NCBI GenBank assembly: GCA_964365675.1
Contig: CAYIQX010000003.1
Span: 1 to 34,133 of the forward strand
Length of the DNA: 34,133 bases
Direction: 5' to 3'
From: an uncultured Candidatus Saccharibacteria bacterium
Lineage (GTDB): Bacteria > Patescibacteriota > Minisyncoccia > Sungbacterales > SURF-37
Shown in pieces: positions 1 to 8,072 of this stretch (the stretch's first letter is position 1; each line of letters starts with the position of its first letter). The notes beneath the pieces are model-generated. The model worked only from the letters and a program-made list of their open reading frames with translations. It did not search any database and was not told the DNA's origin. Position numbers and translations under genes: made by a program.

Positions 1-100
1 TGGTTTCCGCCAAGAAATTCCAGGGGGGTTTGAAATCCGCCAAAAGAATTCCCGCCGCAAGGCGGCGGTTCGAGCCGATGTCCACAAGAAAATCTTTCAT
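1..100 (-). pseudogene. Fragment resembling the near-C-terminal region of a large serine recombinase (runs off the left edge)
   Basis: Minus strand from ATG at 100 reads MKDFLVDIGSNRRLAAGILLADFKPPWNFLAET. This resembles, from recall, the IGSN-x-L...F-x-P-W tail of CPR recombinases; no catalytic domain is present. Confidence 0.45.
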
Positions 101-222
101 CCCCGAAGGAGATTTTGCATGCCTTCGTGCATCATTGTGTCTCCAGGAGAGCTTTTTGCTCCTTCAATAACATTCACCGCAAAATCAGAAGTGATGATTT
201 TGCCTTCATGCTGAAATTGAGA
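97..222 (-). pseudogene. 3' remnant of a heavy-metal-binding/secreted protein gene
   Basis: Minus strand reads SQFQHEGKIITSDFAVNVIEGAKSSPGDTMMHEGMQNLLRG-stop. The QFQH-x-G-x-x-x-T-x-x-F-x-V-x-V end is recognisable; there are in-frame stops upstream (271-279) and no start codon before the motif. Confidence 0.4.
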
Positions 223-378
223 GAGTATAAAGACGGCACGAAAGAGGAGACTTTTTTGGAGAAAGTTAAATCAACCCTATCTGGCGATGGTAGTGTCGCC
301 GAATTAGTCAGTTTAGTTTTGCGAACCGGAAAAGATGTCAGCTTAACCTTGGAACAAATTACCAAAATTTTTTCATAG
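208..378 (+). pseudogene. Probable 3' remnant of a hypothetical gene
   Basis: AT-rich protein-like tail ending 3 nt before the next ORF. Its 5' part overlaps the opposite-strand remnant, suggesting a deletion junction near 215-225. Confidence 0.35.
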
Positions 379-381
379 TTT

Positions 382-615
382 ATGATAAAAGACCAATGCA
401 AACACGAGTGGGAAAAGTATACAAATTTCAAGCAAAATTTGGGAGCTGCGACCTATCTTTGTAAAAAGTGTCAAGCAATAATGACGGCAGCGGAAGTGTT
501 TCAATTGGAAGCTCTTTCAGAGCTTCAGGGTTCACAAAAATGGATGAGCAGAATCGCAATCGGTATTTCTCTTACTTCATTACTTGTTGCGATATTGGTT
601 GCTATCTTTAAATAA
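382..615 (+). CDS. Small hypothetical protein with CxH/CxxC and a C-terminal TM helix
   Basis: 77 aa; CKHEW...CKKC; hydrophobic IAIGISLTSLLVAILVAIF; tightly packed with neighbours. Confidence 0.7.
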   Translation: MIKDQCKHEWEKYTNFKQNLGAATYLCKKCQAIMTAAEVFQLEALSELQGSQKWMSRIAIGISLTSLLVAILVAIFK

Positions 616-617
616 TT

Positions 618-1142
618 ATGGCTAACAACAAACCATTCAAATATCATTGGACGCGCAAAGAAGCGAATTTCGGGCCGCCGATTGAAGGCGAAGTAAAAGG
701 CGGTATGCATATTTCTATTGAAAACTTTTTAATGTTTGACGGAAAATTTGTTGCGCTTCGGCGGCCAGAAGCAAATCCACAACACGAGATACCAGCCAAA
801 GCACAAAAAGCAGGGAAAGCACTTTTGTACTTTGTCCATAATCTTCCAATTTGGGGAGAAACTCTAGATGAGTATGTGCGCCGCATTGTTATGGAAAGTG
901 CGGGAGTGAAAGTAAAAGATTACAAAGTTGTGGATTTGAATATGGAGTTGTACGAAGACACTCAACAATGGGCGTGGACACCGTACATTCTTGTTGAGCT
1001 TGAGTCACTACCAAAACCGGGTGTGCATGGAAACGAAATTACTGAAGTGGTAACATTTGACATTGACACAGTTCCAGACGAATTTGGCTGGTGGGAGAAG
1101 GACGAGTTGGAGGAGTGTCTTCGTTCTGCATTAAAAAGATAA
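618..1142 (+). CDS. Nudix-fold-like protein with a degenerate Nudix box
   Basis: 174 aa; GETLDEYVRRIVMESAGV aligns to GE-x7-RE-x2-EE-x-G but RE is RI and EE is ES. Confidence 0.6.
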   Translation: MANNKPFKYHWTRKEANFGPPIEGEVKGGMHISIENFLMFDGKFVALRRPEANPQHEIPAKAQKAGKALLYFVHNLPIWGETLDEYVRRIVMESAGVKVKDYKVVDLNMELYEDTQQWAWTPYILVELESLPKPGVHGNEITEVVTFDIDTVPDEFGWWEKDELEECLRSALKR

Positions 1143-1182
1143 TTTGCCCGCTTCGCGGGTGAAAACGAGGCCTCCCAAGCGA

Positions 1183-1227
1183 GGGCGCGGCGGAAGGGGG
1201 GTTCAAGGGGGGAATTCCGCCGCGCCC
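1183..1227. repeat. 13-bp inverted repeat near the right end of the left island
   Basis: GGGCGCGGCGGAA (1183-1195) / TTCCGCCGCGCCC (1215-1227). Confidence 0.8.
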
Positions 1228-1243
1228 GAGCGGTTAGGTTTCG

Positions 1244-1291
1244 TCAGGGGTTCTGCTCGTAGTGGGTTCGCACTTTTTCAAAATTGACCAT
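1244..1291 (-). mobile_element. Putative att junction carrying the last codons of a serine recombinase
   Basis: Minus strand reads (MVNF)EKVRTHYEQNP-stop, resembling recalled CPR recombinase C-termini. It lies at the change from AT-rich island to GC-rich core. Confidence 0.4.
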
Positions 1292-1302
1292 TGCAAAAGT
1301 TT

Positions 1303-1336
1303 AATAAAAAATGGCCGCCGAGCATCGGCGGCTTTT
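1303..1336. terminator. Intrinsic terminator, probably bidirectional
   Basis: GCCGCCGA-GCA-TCGGCGGC (1314-1332) flanked by an A-tract and a T-tract. Confidence 0.7.
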
Positions 1337-1360
1337 GGGTTTTCTCGGCGGCACAAGACC

Positions 1361-2245
1361 CTACGCCGGCGTTCTGGCGGACGAACCGGACGGAGCACTG
1401 ATCTCACGATCCACGCGGTCGTGGAGTGCGGCGAGACCGGCGAGGAGCGTCAGTTGCTGAGCCGCACTGTCCACGTTATGGCAAGCGAACTCGTAGCCCT
1501 CGCCGGTATAGCGACGGTCACTGGGATATAACCCGCAGCCCGGGCAATCAACATTCAGACATCCGCCATGATGAGCGATGGAAGCACCGAAGCGGTGGGT
1601 GTTCCAGCGATCCTCCCCGAAGATGTGCGTGTGCGCCCGCCTCATCGCATCTACCATCTCGAGGATTTTTGTGTGCAGGGGTTGCGCGGCCAACCACCTG
1701 ACGAGAGGGACGCTGTACATACCCCCAAGCGAACCGCCATGAGGGCCATGCGCGGTGAGCAGGTGCACCGTCAGAAGTTGCGGGGCCCGCGAGGACGATT
1801 CGAAGTCCGTGTACATCGCCCGGTCGAGCAGAAGGCCCAGGCTCGCCGAGACGGCATAGGCGGACGTCCACTCGAAGACGGACTTTTTGCCTTCCCCCGA
1901 ACATCCGAGGCAGTCGCCATCCCTGTCCTCGTCCCTCCCGGAGCCTCCGCACTCTTCGCAGTTCTCGTCGAGGAGCCGGAAAACCTTCGGAAGCCTTGCG
2001 GTGAAATCGGCGAAGTCCCCGTTAACGGAGCGCTCGAGGACGTTGTCGAAGCCAAAGGCCTTCTCGAGGGATCCTTCGAACTGACCGAACTTGAACGACG
2101 CCATGCAGTCCCGAACGTCCTCGGCCGGGATCGGCGAAAGCGTACTCAGGAATTCGCGATGCACCGAGACGACGATCGCCGGCGCCTCGGGCCGCCATGA
2201 AAGGCCGTACCAGCGGGGAAGTGTATCATGGACGATGACTTTCAT
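1361..2245 (-). CDS. Hypothetical protein with a DnaJ-type CxxCxGxG zinc finger
   Basis: 294 aa; CEECGGSG and CLGCSGEG; SD GGGAGG upstream; terminator downstream. Confidence 0.8.
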   Translation of the reverse strand: MKVIVHDTLPRWYGLSWRPEAPAIVVSVHREFLSTLSPIPAEDVRDCMASFKFGQFEGSLEKAFGFDNVLERSVNGDFADFTARLPKVFRLLDENCEECGGSGRDEDRDGDCLGCSGEGKKSVFEWTSAYAVSASLGLLLDRAMYTDFESSSRAPQLLTVHLLTAHGPHGGSLGGMYSVPLVRWLAAQPLHTKILEMVDAMRRAHTHIFGEDRWNTHRFGASIAHHGGCLNVDCPGCGLYPSDRRYTGEGYEFACHNVDSAAQQLTLLAGLAALHDRVDREISAPSGSSARTPA

Positions 2246-2462
2246 TGCTTTCTCCCTCCCAGGGTGGAAGTCTCGAACACATCGGAACTTCCAGCTGAGA
2301 AAGAGGATGGCGGGAACGGCAAAGTGCTAGAGCATTCGTACCATTCCTCCAGCGCGCGTCAAGCCCCCTTGATTTTCCATGGGGACGGCATACCATCCCC
2401 TCCAGAGGCAATCGCCGAAAACACGCTCTCAATCGGGTGCAAAGAGGATAGGAGGGCAAATC

Positions 2463-3017
2463 GTGGCCGGAAGAAAGACGCGGAGGATCAGGGGAGAAAC
2501 GATCGAAGTGCCAACAGACCTAGAGGAAGCAACGAAGTTCCTCGCTGAGATCGCGGCCGAGCAGCGCGCCATCGACGTCGTCAGGGGCACGATGAACGCG
2601 ACAATGGAAGCTATTCAGCGAAGGGCTATCGACAGGACCAACCGGCACCAGGGCCGTCTGCGCACACTCCTCCTCGGTCTATACGCCTTCGCCTGTGACG
2701 AGCGCGACACGCTGACCGTCGGAGGGCAGAAGAGCATGCTACTTCCCACCGGAAGGTTCGGCTGGCGGCTCACGCCTCAGAGTGTCGTCCTGGCAGGCCA
2801 GGAGAAGGACGTGGTGGCCAGGCTCGAAGCGCTGGGCCTTGGCCGCTTCGTCAAGGTCGAGAAGTCAGTCAGCAAGACAGCGCTACTGAAAGAGCCGGAG
2901 ACCGCGCAAGGGGTCGATGGAATCTCGATCAGGCGAGGAGAAGTGTTCTTCGTGAAGCCCAACGAGGTCGAGACGGAGATTGCCGAGTCAGTCGCCGTGC
3001 TCGACGCAGCCTCTTAG
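2463..3017 (+). CDS. gam: Mu Gam-family host-nuclease inhibitor (DNA end-binding)
   Basis: Coiled-coil N-terminus, then KSMLLPTGRFGWRLTPQSV, KSVSKTALLK and GISIRRGEVFFVKP as in Phage_Mu_Gam. GTG start at 2463 follows SD AGGAGG. Confidence 0.85.
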   Translation: MAGRKTRRIRGETIEVPTDLEEATKFLAEIAAEQRAIDVVRGTMNATMEAIQRRAIDRTNRHQGRLRTLLLGLYAFACDERDTLTVGGQKSMLLPTGRFGWRLTPQSVVLAGQEKDVVARLEALGLGRFVKVEKSVSKTALLKEPETAQGVDGISIRRGEVFFVKPNEVETEIAESVAVLDAAS

Positions 3018-3030
3018 GCGAGCTGCCCCA

Positions 3031-3060
3031 CCGCCGGAAGTCCTCCGGCGGCATTTCTTT
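3031..3060 (+). terminator. Intrinsic terminator after gam
   Basis: CCGCCGGA / TCCGGCGG stem followed by CATTTCTTT. Confidence 0.6.
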
Positions 3061-3069
3061 AGAGAACTT

Positions 3070-3097
3070 AACCGGCGCGCCCTAGGGCGCGCCGGTT
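3070..3097. repeat. Perfect 28-bp palindrome
   Basis: AACCGGCGCGCCCT|AGGGCGCGCCGGTT between convergent genes. Confidence 0.9.
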
Positions 3098-3100
3098 GCT

Positions 3101-3301
3101 CTAGCGCAATACCTTTTTTAGCGAGCGCTTGCGCCGCTTCTTCAAAAGCGTCCCGAGTTGCCAGGAGTCATGCCCGGCGAAGCTACGGTGATAGCGCTTG
3201 TGGAGGGTCCGTACCTTGGTGTCCGAACGCTTCTTTCGCAGGCGGCCGCTGCCGGTGTTCCGCGGCCGCCAGCCCTTCATTTTCGGTGCGTCTTTGGCCA
3301 T
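3101..3301 (-). CDS. Small, very basic hypothetical protein
   Basis: 66 aa, K/R-rich, with an RKKRSDTKVRTL...Y...LGTLL...SL pattern; extended -10 TGCTATGAT upstream. Confidence 0.75.
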   Translation of the reverse strand: MAKDAPKMKGWRPRNTGSGRLRKKRSDTKVRTLHKRYHRSFAGHDSWQLGTLLKKRRKRSLKKVLR

Positions 3302-3391
3302 GGCTTGAAATAATATTTAGCGCATCATAGCACGCCGCCGCCATAGGGAAAAACTTGGCAATGGGTATGGGCATGGCATACTAAATTCACC

Positions 3392-4249
3392 ATGTCAGGA
3401 GCGTTCGGTTTTGCCATTTTCGCTATTGCCGTATTCACTGCGGGGTTTTTGGTGCATCTCGTCCGGAAGGCGGGGCGAGCCGAGCGAAAGGTCAGGGAGC
3501 TTCAGCAAGAGGTTGAGGTTTTGCGCGCCAAGAAGGGAGAGCCTGACGCGGTAAAATCCGAGGTCATCGCCATCATTGCCCATCAGTTGCGCGCGCCGCT
3601 CTCGGTCGTCCGCGATTATGCTTCGCTTTTCCTTGAGGGCGCGCTCGGCCCTTCCTCGGCGCTGGCCCGGCAATCCATGGAAAAGGTGCACGCTGCCACA
3701 GAGCACTTACTCGGGGTAGTTACTGACCTCTTTGAGTTTTCCCGGCTGGATGGGGAAGGCAGCGCCTATGCAATGGAGGACATTGCTGTAGATACCATTG
3801 TGGCCGATGCCCTGCGGGAGCTCGAAACCACCGCAAACGCAAAACGCATTGCCTTGAATTTTAAAAACCGCACCGGCGGCCGCCGCGCTGTGCGGGCCGA
3901 TGCCGTAAAGATACGCCAGGCGGTGCATCATCTCATTGATAACGCGCTTCGCTATACCTCTGCCGGCCGGGTCCATGTCGAGCTCGAGCCCGAAACCGTC
4001 GGGTCCCGCCCGTGGCTCCGGCTGAATGTCGTGGACACCGGCATTGGCATCCAGTCGTCTGATATAAAACGCCTTTTTTCCAAATTCGGCCGCACGGAAG
4101 AGGCGCGGCGTATTCGTCCGGATGGCCTCGGTCTTGGGCTTTACACGGTGAAAAAGATCATTGAGGAGCATGGCGGGGAGGTGGGGGTCGAATCAGCCGG
4201 CCTGGGACACGGCAGTACATTTTGGGTGCGCTTGCCGATAGCGATGTAG
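3392..4249 (+). CDS. Sensor histidine kinase (HisKA + HATPase_c)
   Basis: N-terminal TM; H-box AHQLRAPL; N-box LIDNALRY; G1 DTGIG; G2 GLGLGL; GSTF. Confidence 0.93.
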   Translation: MSGAFGFAIFAIAVFTAGFLVHLVRKAGRAERKVRELQQEVEVLRAKKGEPDAVKSEVIAIIAHQLRAPLSVVRDYASLFLEGALGPSSALARQSMEKVHAATEHLLGVVTDLFEFSRLDGEGSAYAMEDIAVDTIVADALRELETTANAKRIALNFKNRTGGRRAVRADAVKIRQAVHHLIDNALRYTSAGRVHVELEPETVGSRPWLRLNVVDTGIGIQSSDIKRLFSKFGRTEEARRIRPDGLGLGLYTVKKIIEEHGGEVGVESAGLGHGSTFWVRLPIAM

Positions 4250-4317
4250 CAAGACCCCACAGACCCCACGGATATTTCGTGGTTTTTTCATGAACGGAGC
4301 CGTGCTAGAGTTGAAAA

Positions 4318-5739
4318 ATGCAGCGCATATCCATTACTGAAACTGGAACAAGGGCCGGAGAACGGGTGCGGGTGGTGGGCTGGGTTTCGGTCCGGCGCGA
4401 CCACGGGAAATTAGTCTTCATAGACCTCCGGGATTCCTCGGGGGTCTTGCAGGTGGTATTTCGGCCCGGTGAGGGCACGCTCTATGACGAGGCGCAAAAG
4501 CTCCGTCCGGAATGGGTTATCGCGGTGGAGGGAGAACTTCGTGAGCGGCCAAAGGGCATGGAGAACGCCGATCTTACCACTGGGAACATTGAGCTTGCGG
4601 CCGACCGGCTGGAAGTACTGAACGAAGCCAGAACCCCGCCCTTTCCGCTCGATACGCCGGGCCTCGATATCGAAGAGGAGCTGCGTCTCCAGTACCGCTA
4701 CCTCGATCTTCGCCGGCCACGCATGCAAAAGAATATTCGGCTGCGCCATGCGATGGCGCAGTTCATTCGCCAATATCTCTCCGAGCGGCATTTCGTCGAG
4801 ATCGAAACGCCTATTTTGACCAAAACCACGCCGGAGGGGGCGCGCGATTTCCTGGTGCCATCGCGCCTACAGCCGGGAAGATTCTACGCCCTGCCGCAGT
4901 CCCCCCAGCAGTATAAACAGCTCCTGATGGTGGCCGGGTTCGAACGCTACTTTCAGATCGCGCGCTGTTTCCGGGATGAGGATCCGCGGGCTGATCGCGC
5001 CTACGGCGAATTCGCGCAGCTCGACCTCGAAATGTCATTCGTGACGCAGGAGGATATTATCGGGCTTGCCGAGGATCTTTTCACGAAACTTGCGGCCGTG
5101 GTATTCCCCGAAAAACGGATAACCCAAACGCCTTGGCCGCGCCTCTCCCACGGGGAGGCTATGGAAACCTACGGTACTGACAAACCGGACCTCCGCCGGG
5201 ATACGAACGACCCCGATGAGCTTGCATTCGCCTGGGTGCTCGATTTCCCGTTATTCAGTGAGCAAAAAACAACTGACTTCTTTCACGGTTCCGGCGCATC
5301 TGCATTGGCGCCCTCGCATCACATGTTCACCGCACCGCACCCGGATGACATTCCACTTCTTGATACCGACCCGGCGAAGGTCCGCGGCCTGCAGCACGAC
5401 ATGGTACTGAATGGATTTGAGGTCGGCGGGGGGAGCGTACGCATTCATCGGGCCGATGTGCAGGAAAAAGTTTTTGGGCTCATTGGGTTCAACGACGGCG
5501 AGAAGCGCCAATTCGCCCATCTCCTCACTGCCTTCGCATACGGCGTGCCGCCGCACGGCGGCATCGCCCCCGGCATCGATCGCTTTCTCATGGCCGCGCT
5601 TGGCGAACCGAGCGTGCGGGAAGTCGTTGCGTTTCCGGCCTCATCGGGCGGGAAAACAGCCGTGATGGATGCGCCGTCCGAAGCCGACCCGAAGCAACTG
5701 GCTGAACTCGGCCTCGAGGTCAAGAAGCCCGCCCCATAA
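4318..5739 (+). CDS. aspS: Aspartate-tRNA ligase lacking the GAD insertion domain
   Basis: OB fold RRDHGKLVFIDLRD; RYLDLRR; TPEGARDF; LPQSPQQYKQLLM; ARCFRDED; PPHGGIAPGIDR. Confidence 0.97.
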   Translation: MQRISITETGTRAGERVRVVGWVSVRRDHGKLVFIDLRDSSGVLQVVFRPGEGTLYDEAQKLRPEWVIAVEGELRERPKGMENADLTTGNIELAADRLEVLNEARTPPFPLDTPGLDIEEELRLQYRYLDLRRPRMQKNIRLRHAMAQFIRQYLSERHFVEIETPILTKTTPEGARDFLVPSRLQPGRFYALPQSPQQYKQLLMVAGFERYFQIARCFRDEDPRADRAYGEFAQLDLEMSFVTQEDIIGLAEDLFTKLAAVVFPEKRITQTPWPRLSHGEAMETYGTDKPDLRRDTNDPDELAFAWVLDFPLFSEQKTTDFFHGSGASALAPSHHMFTAPHPDDIPLLDTDPAKVRGLQHDMVLNGFEVGGGSVRIHRADVQEKVFGLIGFNDGEKRQFAHLLTAFAYGVPPHGGIAPGIDRFLMAALGEPSVREVVAFPASSGGKTAVMDAPSEADPKQLAELGLEVKKPAP

Positions 5740-6452
5740 TGCCTTACACGGTCAAGCAGGAAAAATTCGAGGGTCCTTTGGACTTGCTGTTGGAGCTCAT
5801 CCAGGAGCAAAAGCTTTCCATTAACGAAATTTCGCTCGGCCGCGTTACCGACGAGTTCATCCAGTACTTAAAACAGCTCGGAGCCGACGGCACGGCCGAT
5901 CAGGAGGTGCTTGCGGAGTTTTTGGTGGTGGCGGCAACGCTTCTTCTCATCAAGTCGCGAAGCTTGCTTCCGCAGTTCCAGGCCAGCCCTGAAGAGGAAG
6001 AATCCATTGCTGAACTGGAGGGACGCCTGGCCGAATATCAGCGTCTGAAAACGCTTTCGCAAGAACTCGGACAACTTGCAAAAGGTGGTCCCAAGGCGTT
6101 CTCCCGTGAGGCATTCGCCGGGACCGCGCCGGTGTTCTACCCGCCCCAGCGCTTTGGCGTGGCCATACTTGTCCAGGCCTTCGAGGGTATTTTGCAAGCG
6201 CTCCCGAAAATCGAAAAACTGGTCGAAGAAAAACTGAAGAGGGTTATCTCCCTCGAGGAGAAGATCCGAGAACTGCAATCGTTCCTGCAGGAGCGGGTGG
6301 AGCGCGTTTTCTCGGAGCTCGTTTCCGGCGCCAAAGAAAAAGTTGAGGTTATCGTGAGTTTCCTTGCGCTTCTTGAACTCACTAAACAAAAACTTGTTTC
6401 GGTGGAGCAAAAACAGCTCTTCGGCGACATTACGATGCGCAAGGCGAAATGA
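5739..6452 (+). CDS. scpA: Segregation/condensation protein A
   Basis: FEGPLDLLLELI; EFLVVAATLLLIKSRSLLP; VSFLALLEL; Q-x3-FGDI. Confidence 0.96.
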   Translation: MPYTVKQEKFEGPLDLLLELIQEQKLSINEISLGRVTDEFIQYLKQLGADGTADQEVLAEFLVVAATLLLIKSRSLLPQFQASPEEEESIAELEGRLAEYQRLKTLSQELGQLAKGGPKAFSREAFAGTAPVFYPPQRFGVAILVQAFEGILQALPKIEKLVEEKLKRVISLEEKIRELQSFLQERVERVFSELVSGAKEKVEVIVSFLALLELTKQKLVSVEQKQLFGDITMRKAK

Positions 6453-6554
6453 ACCCCGTTAAACATTTTGGTATTTTCATTCCGCATGCGAAATCTCCTA
6501 ACTTCGAGGACACTGCCGTTCATATACCTCGTCACATAATATGTCTAGCGGGGT
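6453..6554. mobile_element. 102-bp MITE-like insertion between scpA and scpB
   Basis: Terminal inverted repeats ACCCCGTTA (6453-6461) / TAGCGGGGT (6546-6554) with GA on both flanks. Removal restores an ATGA scpA/scpB overlap. Confidence 0.65.
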
Positions 6555-7107
6555 GAACCTCAAGGCGGCAATTGAAAGCATCCTTTTTGTCGAGGGTGAA
6601 CCCTTTACGGTCTCGCGCATCGCAAAAATTACCGGCCGGAAGGCCGCCGAAGTGTTATCCACGCTTCGGGAGCTTGCCGGAGAATACCGCGAGCGGGGGA
6701 TACGGCTTGTTGAGAACGGTGACGAGTGGCAGTTCGCCACGCATCCGGCCAACAAAGACATAGTGGAAAAACTTGTTACCGGCGAACTTGCCGAAGACCT
6801 TTCCCGTGTTTCGCTTGAAGTGCTTTCTATTGTCGCGTACAAAGGTCCGATGAGCCGGGCCGAAATAGAATACATCCGCGGGGTCAATTCATCCTTCACC
6901 CTCCGGAACCTGCTTATCCGGGGGCTGGTCAGCCGCGAGGAAAATCCTTCGGACCGGAGAGCGTATCTGTATCGCACCTCAACCGATTTTTTGAAGTACC
7001 TCGGCCTTAGCCGGCCTGAAGAACTACCGCAGTACGAGGCATTCCGCAAGAAGGAGATCGAATTGCCTTCCCTACCGGAAGGGGGAGGGGACGCGCACGC
7101 ATTATGA
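6541..7107 (+). CDS. scpB: Segregation/condensation protein B
   Basis: AAIESILF; LEVLSIVAYKGPMSRAEIEYIRGVNS; Y-x-T-x-x-FL-x-x-LGL-x4-ELP. Confidence 0.96.
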   Translation: MSSGVNLKAAIESILFVEGEPFTVSRIAKITGRKAAEVLSTLRELAGEYRERGIRLVENGDEWQFATHPANKDIVEKLVTGELAEDLSRVSLEVLSIVAYKGPMSRAEIEYIRGVNSSFTLRNLLIRGLVSREENPSDRRAYLYRTSTDFLKYLGLSRPEELPQYEAFRKKEIELPSLPEGGGDAHAL

Positions 7108-8039
7108 CCTGGACACGTACGTTTGCACTGCTGGCCATTCTCGGCGGCGTTCTTATTGGTCTCGCCGGGTTAAGCAACCGGCCGGTTCTTCGGTCCGAGT
7201 CGGCCCGGCCCGATGCGCCGCGTCTGGCACGCCGCGGTAATGATACGCCTTCCCTTACGGCCGCATCCGCGCTTATCCAGCGGCTTCGGAACGGCGAGGT
7301 GCTGTACGAGCGGAATGCCGATGTGTCTCTGCCCATTGCGAGTTTGACAAAGCTTATGACTGCCCTCCTTTTTACCGAGGAGGCCGATTCCATCGAGTCC
7401 ATTCTTTTTTCGGCCGGCGCAACACTGGCCGGACGACCGGATGACAAACGGAGTTTGGTCCCTGCCGGCGAACGGCTCAAAGCCGAGGATGTGCTCGCGC
7501 TCATGCTTTCGGCGTCAGACAGCGATGCGGCCTTTGCGGCCGCCGAGCATGTAGCTCGGCGCCAGCAGCCCGAGCTCGAGACGGCGCCGTTCGGGGAGCG
7601 CATTGCCGCATTTGTAGGACTCATGGGTCGGCGCGCCGGAGCGCTTGATCTCGCCGGGACTCATTACGGCAATCCGAGCGGAAGCGAGGAATCAGAAAAT
7701 ATTTCTACCGCGCGCGATCTTATGCGGCTCGCCGGATACATTACCAGCGTTCGGCCTGAACTCTGGGCCGCATCGCGCCTCCGAGAGGGCTTTGCCTTTG
7801 GCGCCGGCGGCCGGCGCTACAGTTTCGTCAACACCAATCCGTTGTTGGGGGAATTCCCGGCCATGTACGGGTCAAAAACCGGTTTCAACAACAGCGCGCG
7901 TGGGGCACTTCTTTTGGTGTACCGTCTCGCTCCGGAGGAGCCCATCGCCATCGTGTTGCTCCGCTCGGGCGATCGCTTTGGCGATGGCCGCGCGGCCATT
8001 CGGTGGCTGGAGTTAAACTTCGTGCTAGAATCGCCGTGA
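7104..8039 (+). CDS. Peptidase S11 D-alanyl-D-alanine carboxypeptidase-like protein
   Basis: N-terminal anchor; PIASLTKLMTA (SxxK); SDS at the SxN position; NPSG; NTN; KTGF. Confidence 0.88.
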   Translation: MTWTRTFALLAILGGVLIGLAGLSNRPVLRSESARPDAPRLARRGNDTPSLTAASALIQRLRNGEVLYERNADVSLPIASLTKLMTALLFTEEADSIESILFSAGATLAGRPDDKRSLVPAGERLKAEDVLALMLSASDSDAAFAAAEHVARRQQPELETAPFGERIAAFVGLMGRRAGALDLAGTHYGNPSGSEESENISTARDLMRLAGYITSVRPELWAASRLREGFAFGAGGRRYSFVNTNPLLGEFPAMYGSKTGFNNSARGALLLVYRLAPEEPIAIVLLRSGDRFGDGRAAIRWLELNFVLESP

Positions 8040-8072
8040 GCTTTACGGATTACTGATTTTACGAATACACAG

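Noticed and set aside
2463-3017. Mu-like prophage
   Set aside because: No transposase, structural or lysis genes nearby.
4252-4288. 9-nt tandem duplication AGACCCCAC plus hairpin
   Set aside because: Adequately explained as a terminator with local slippage.
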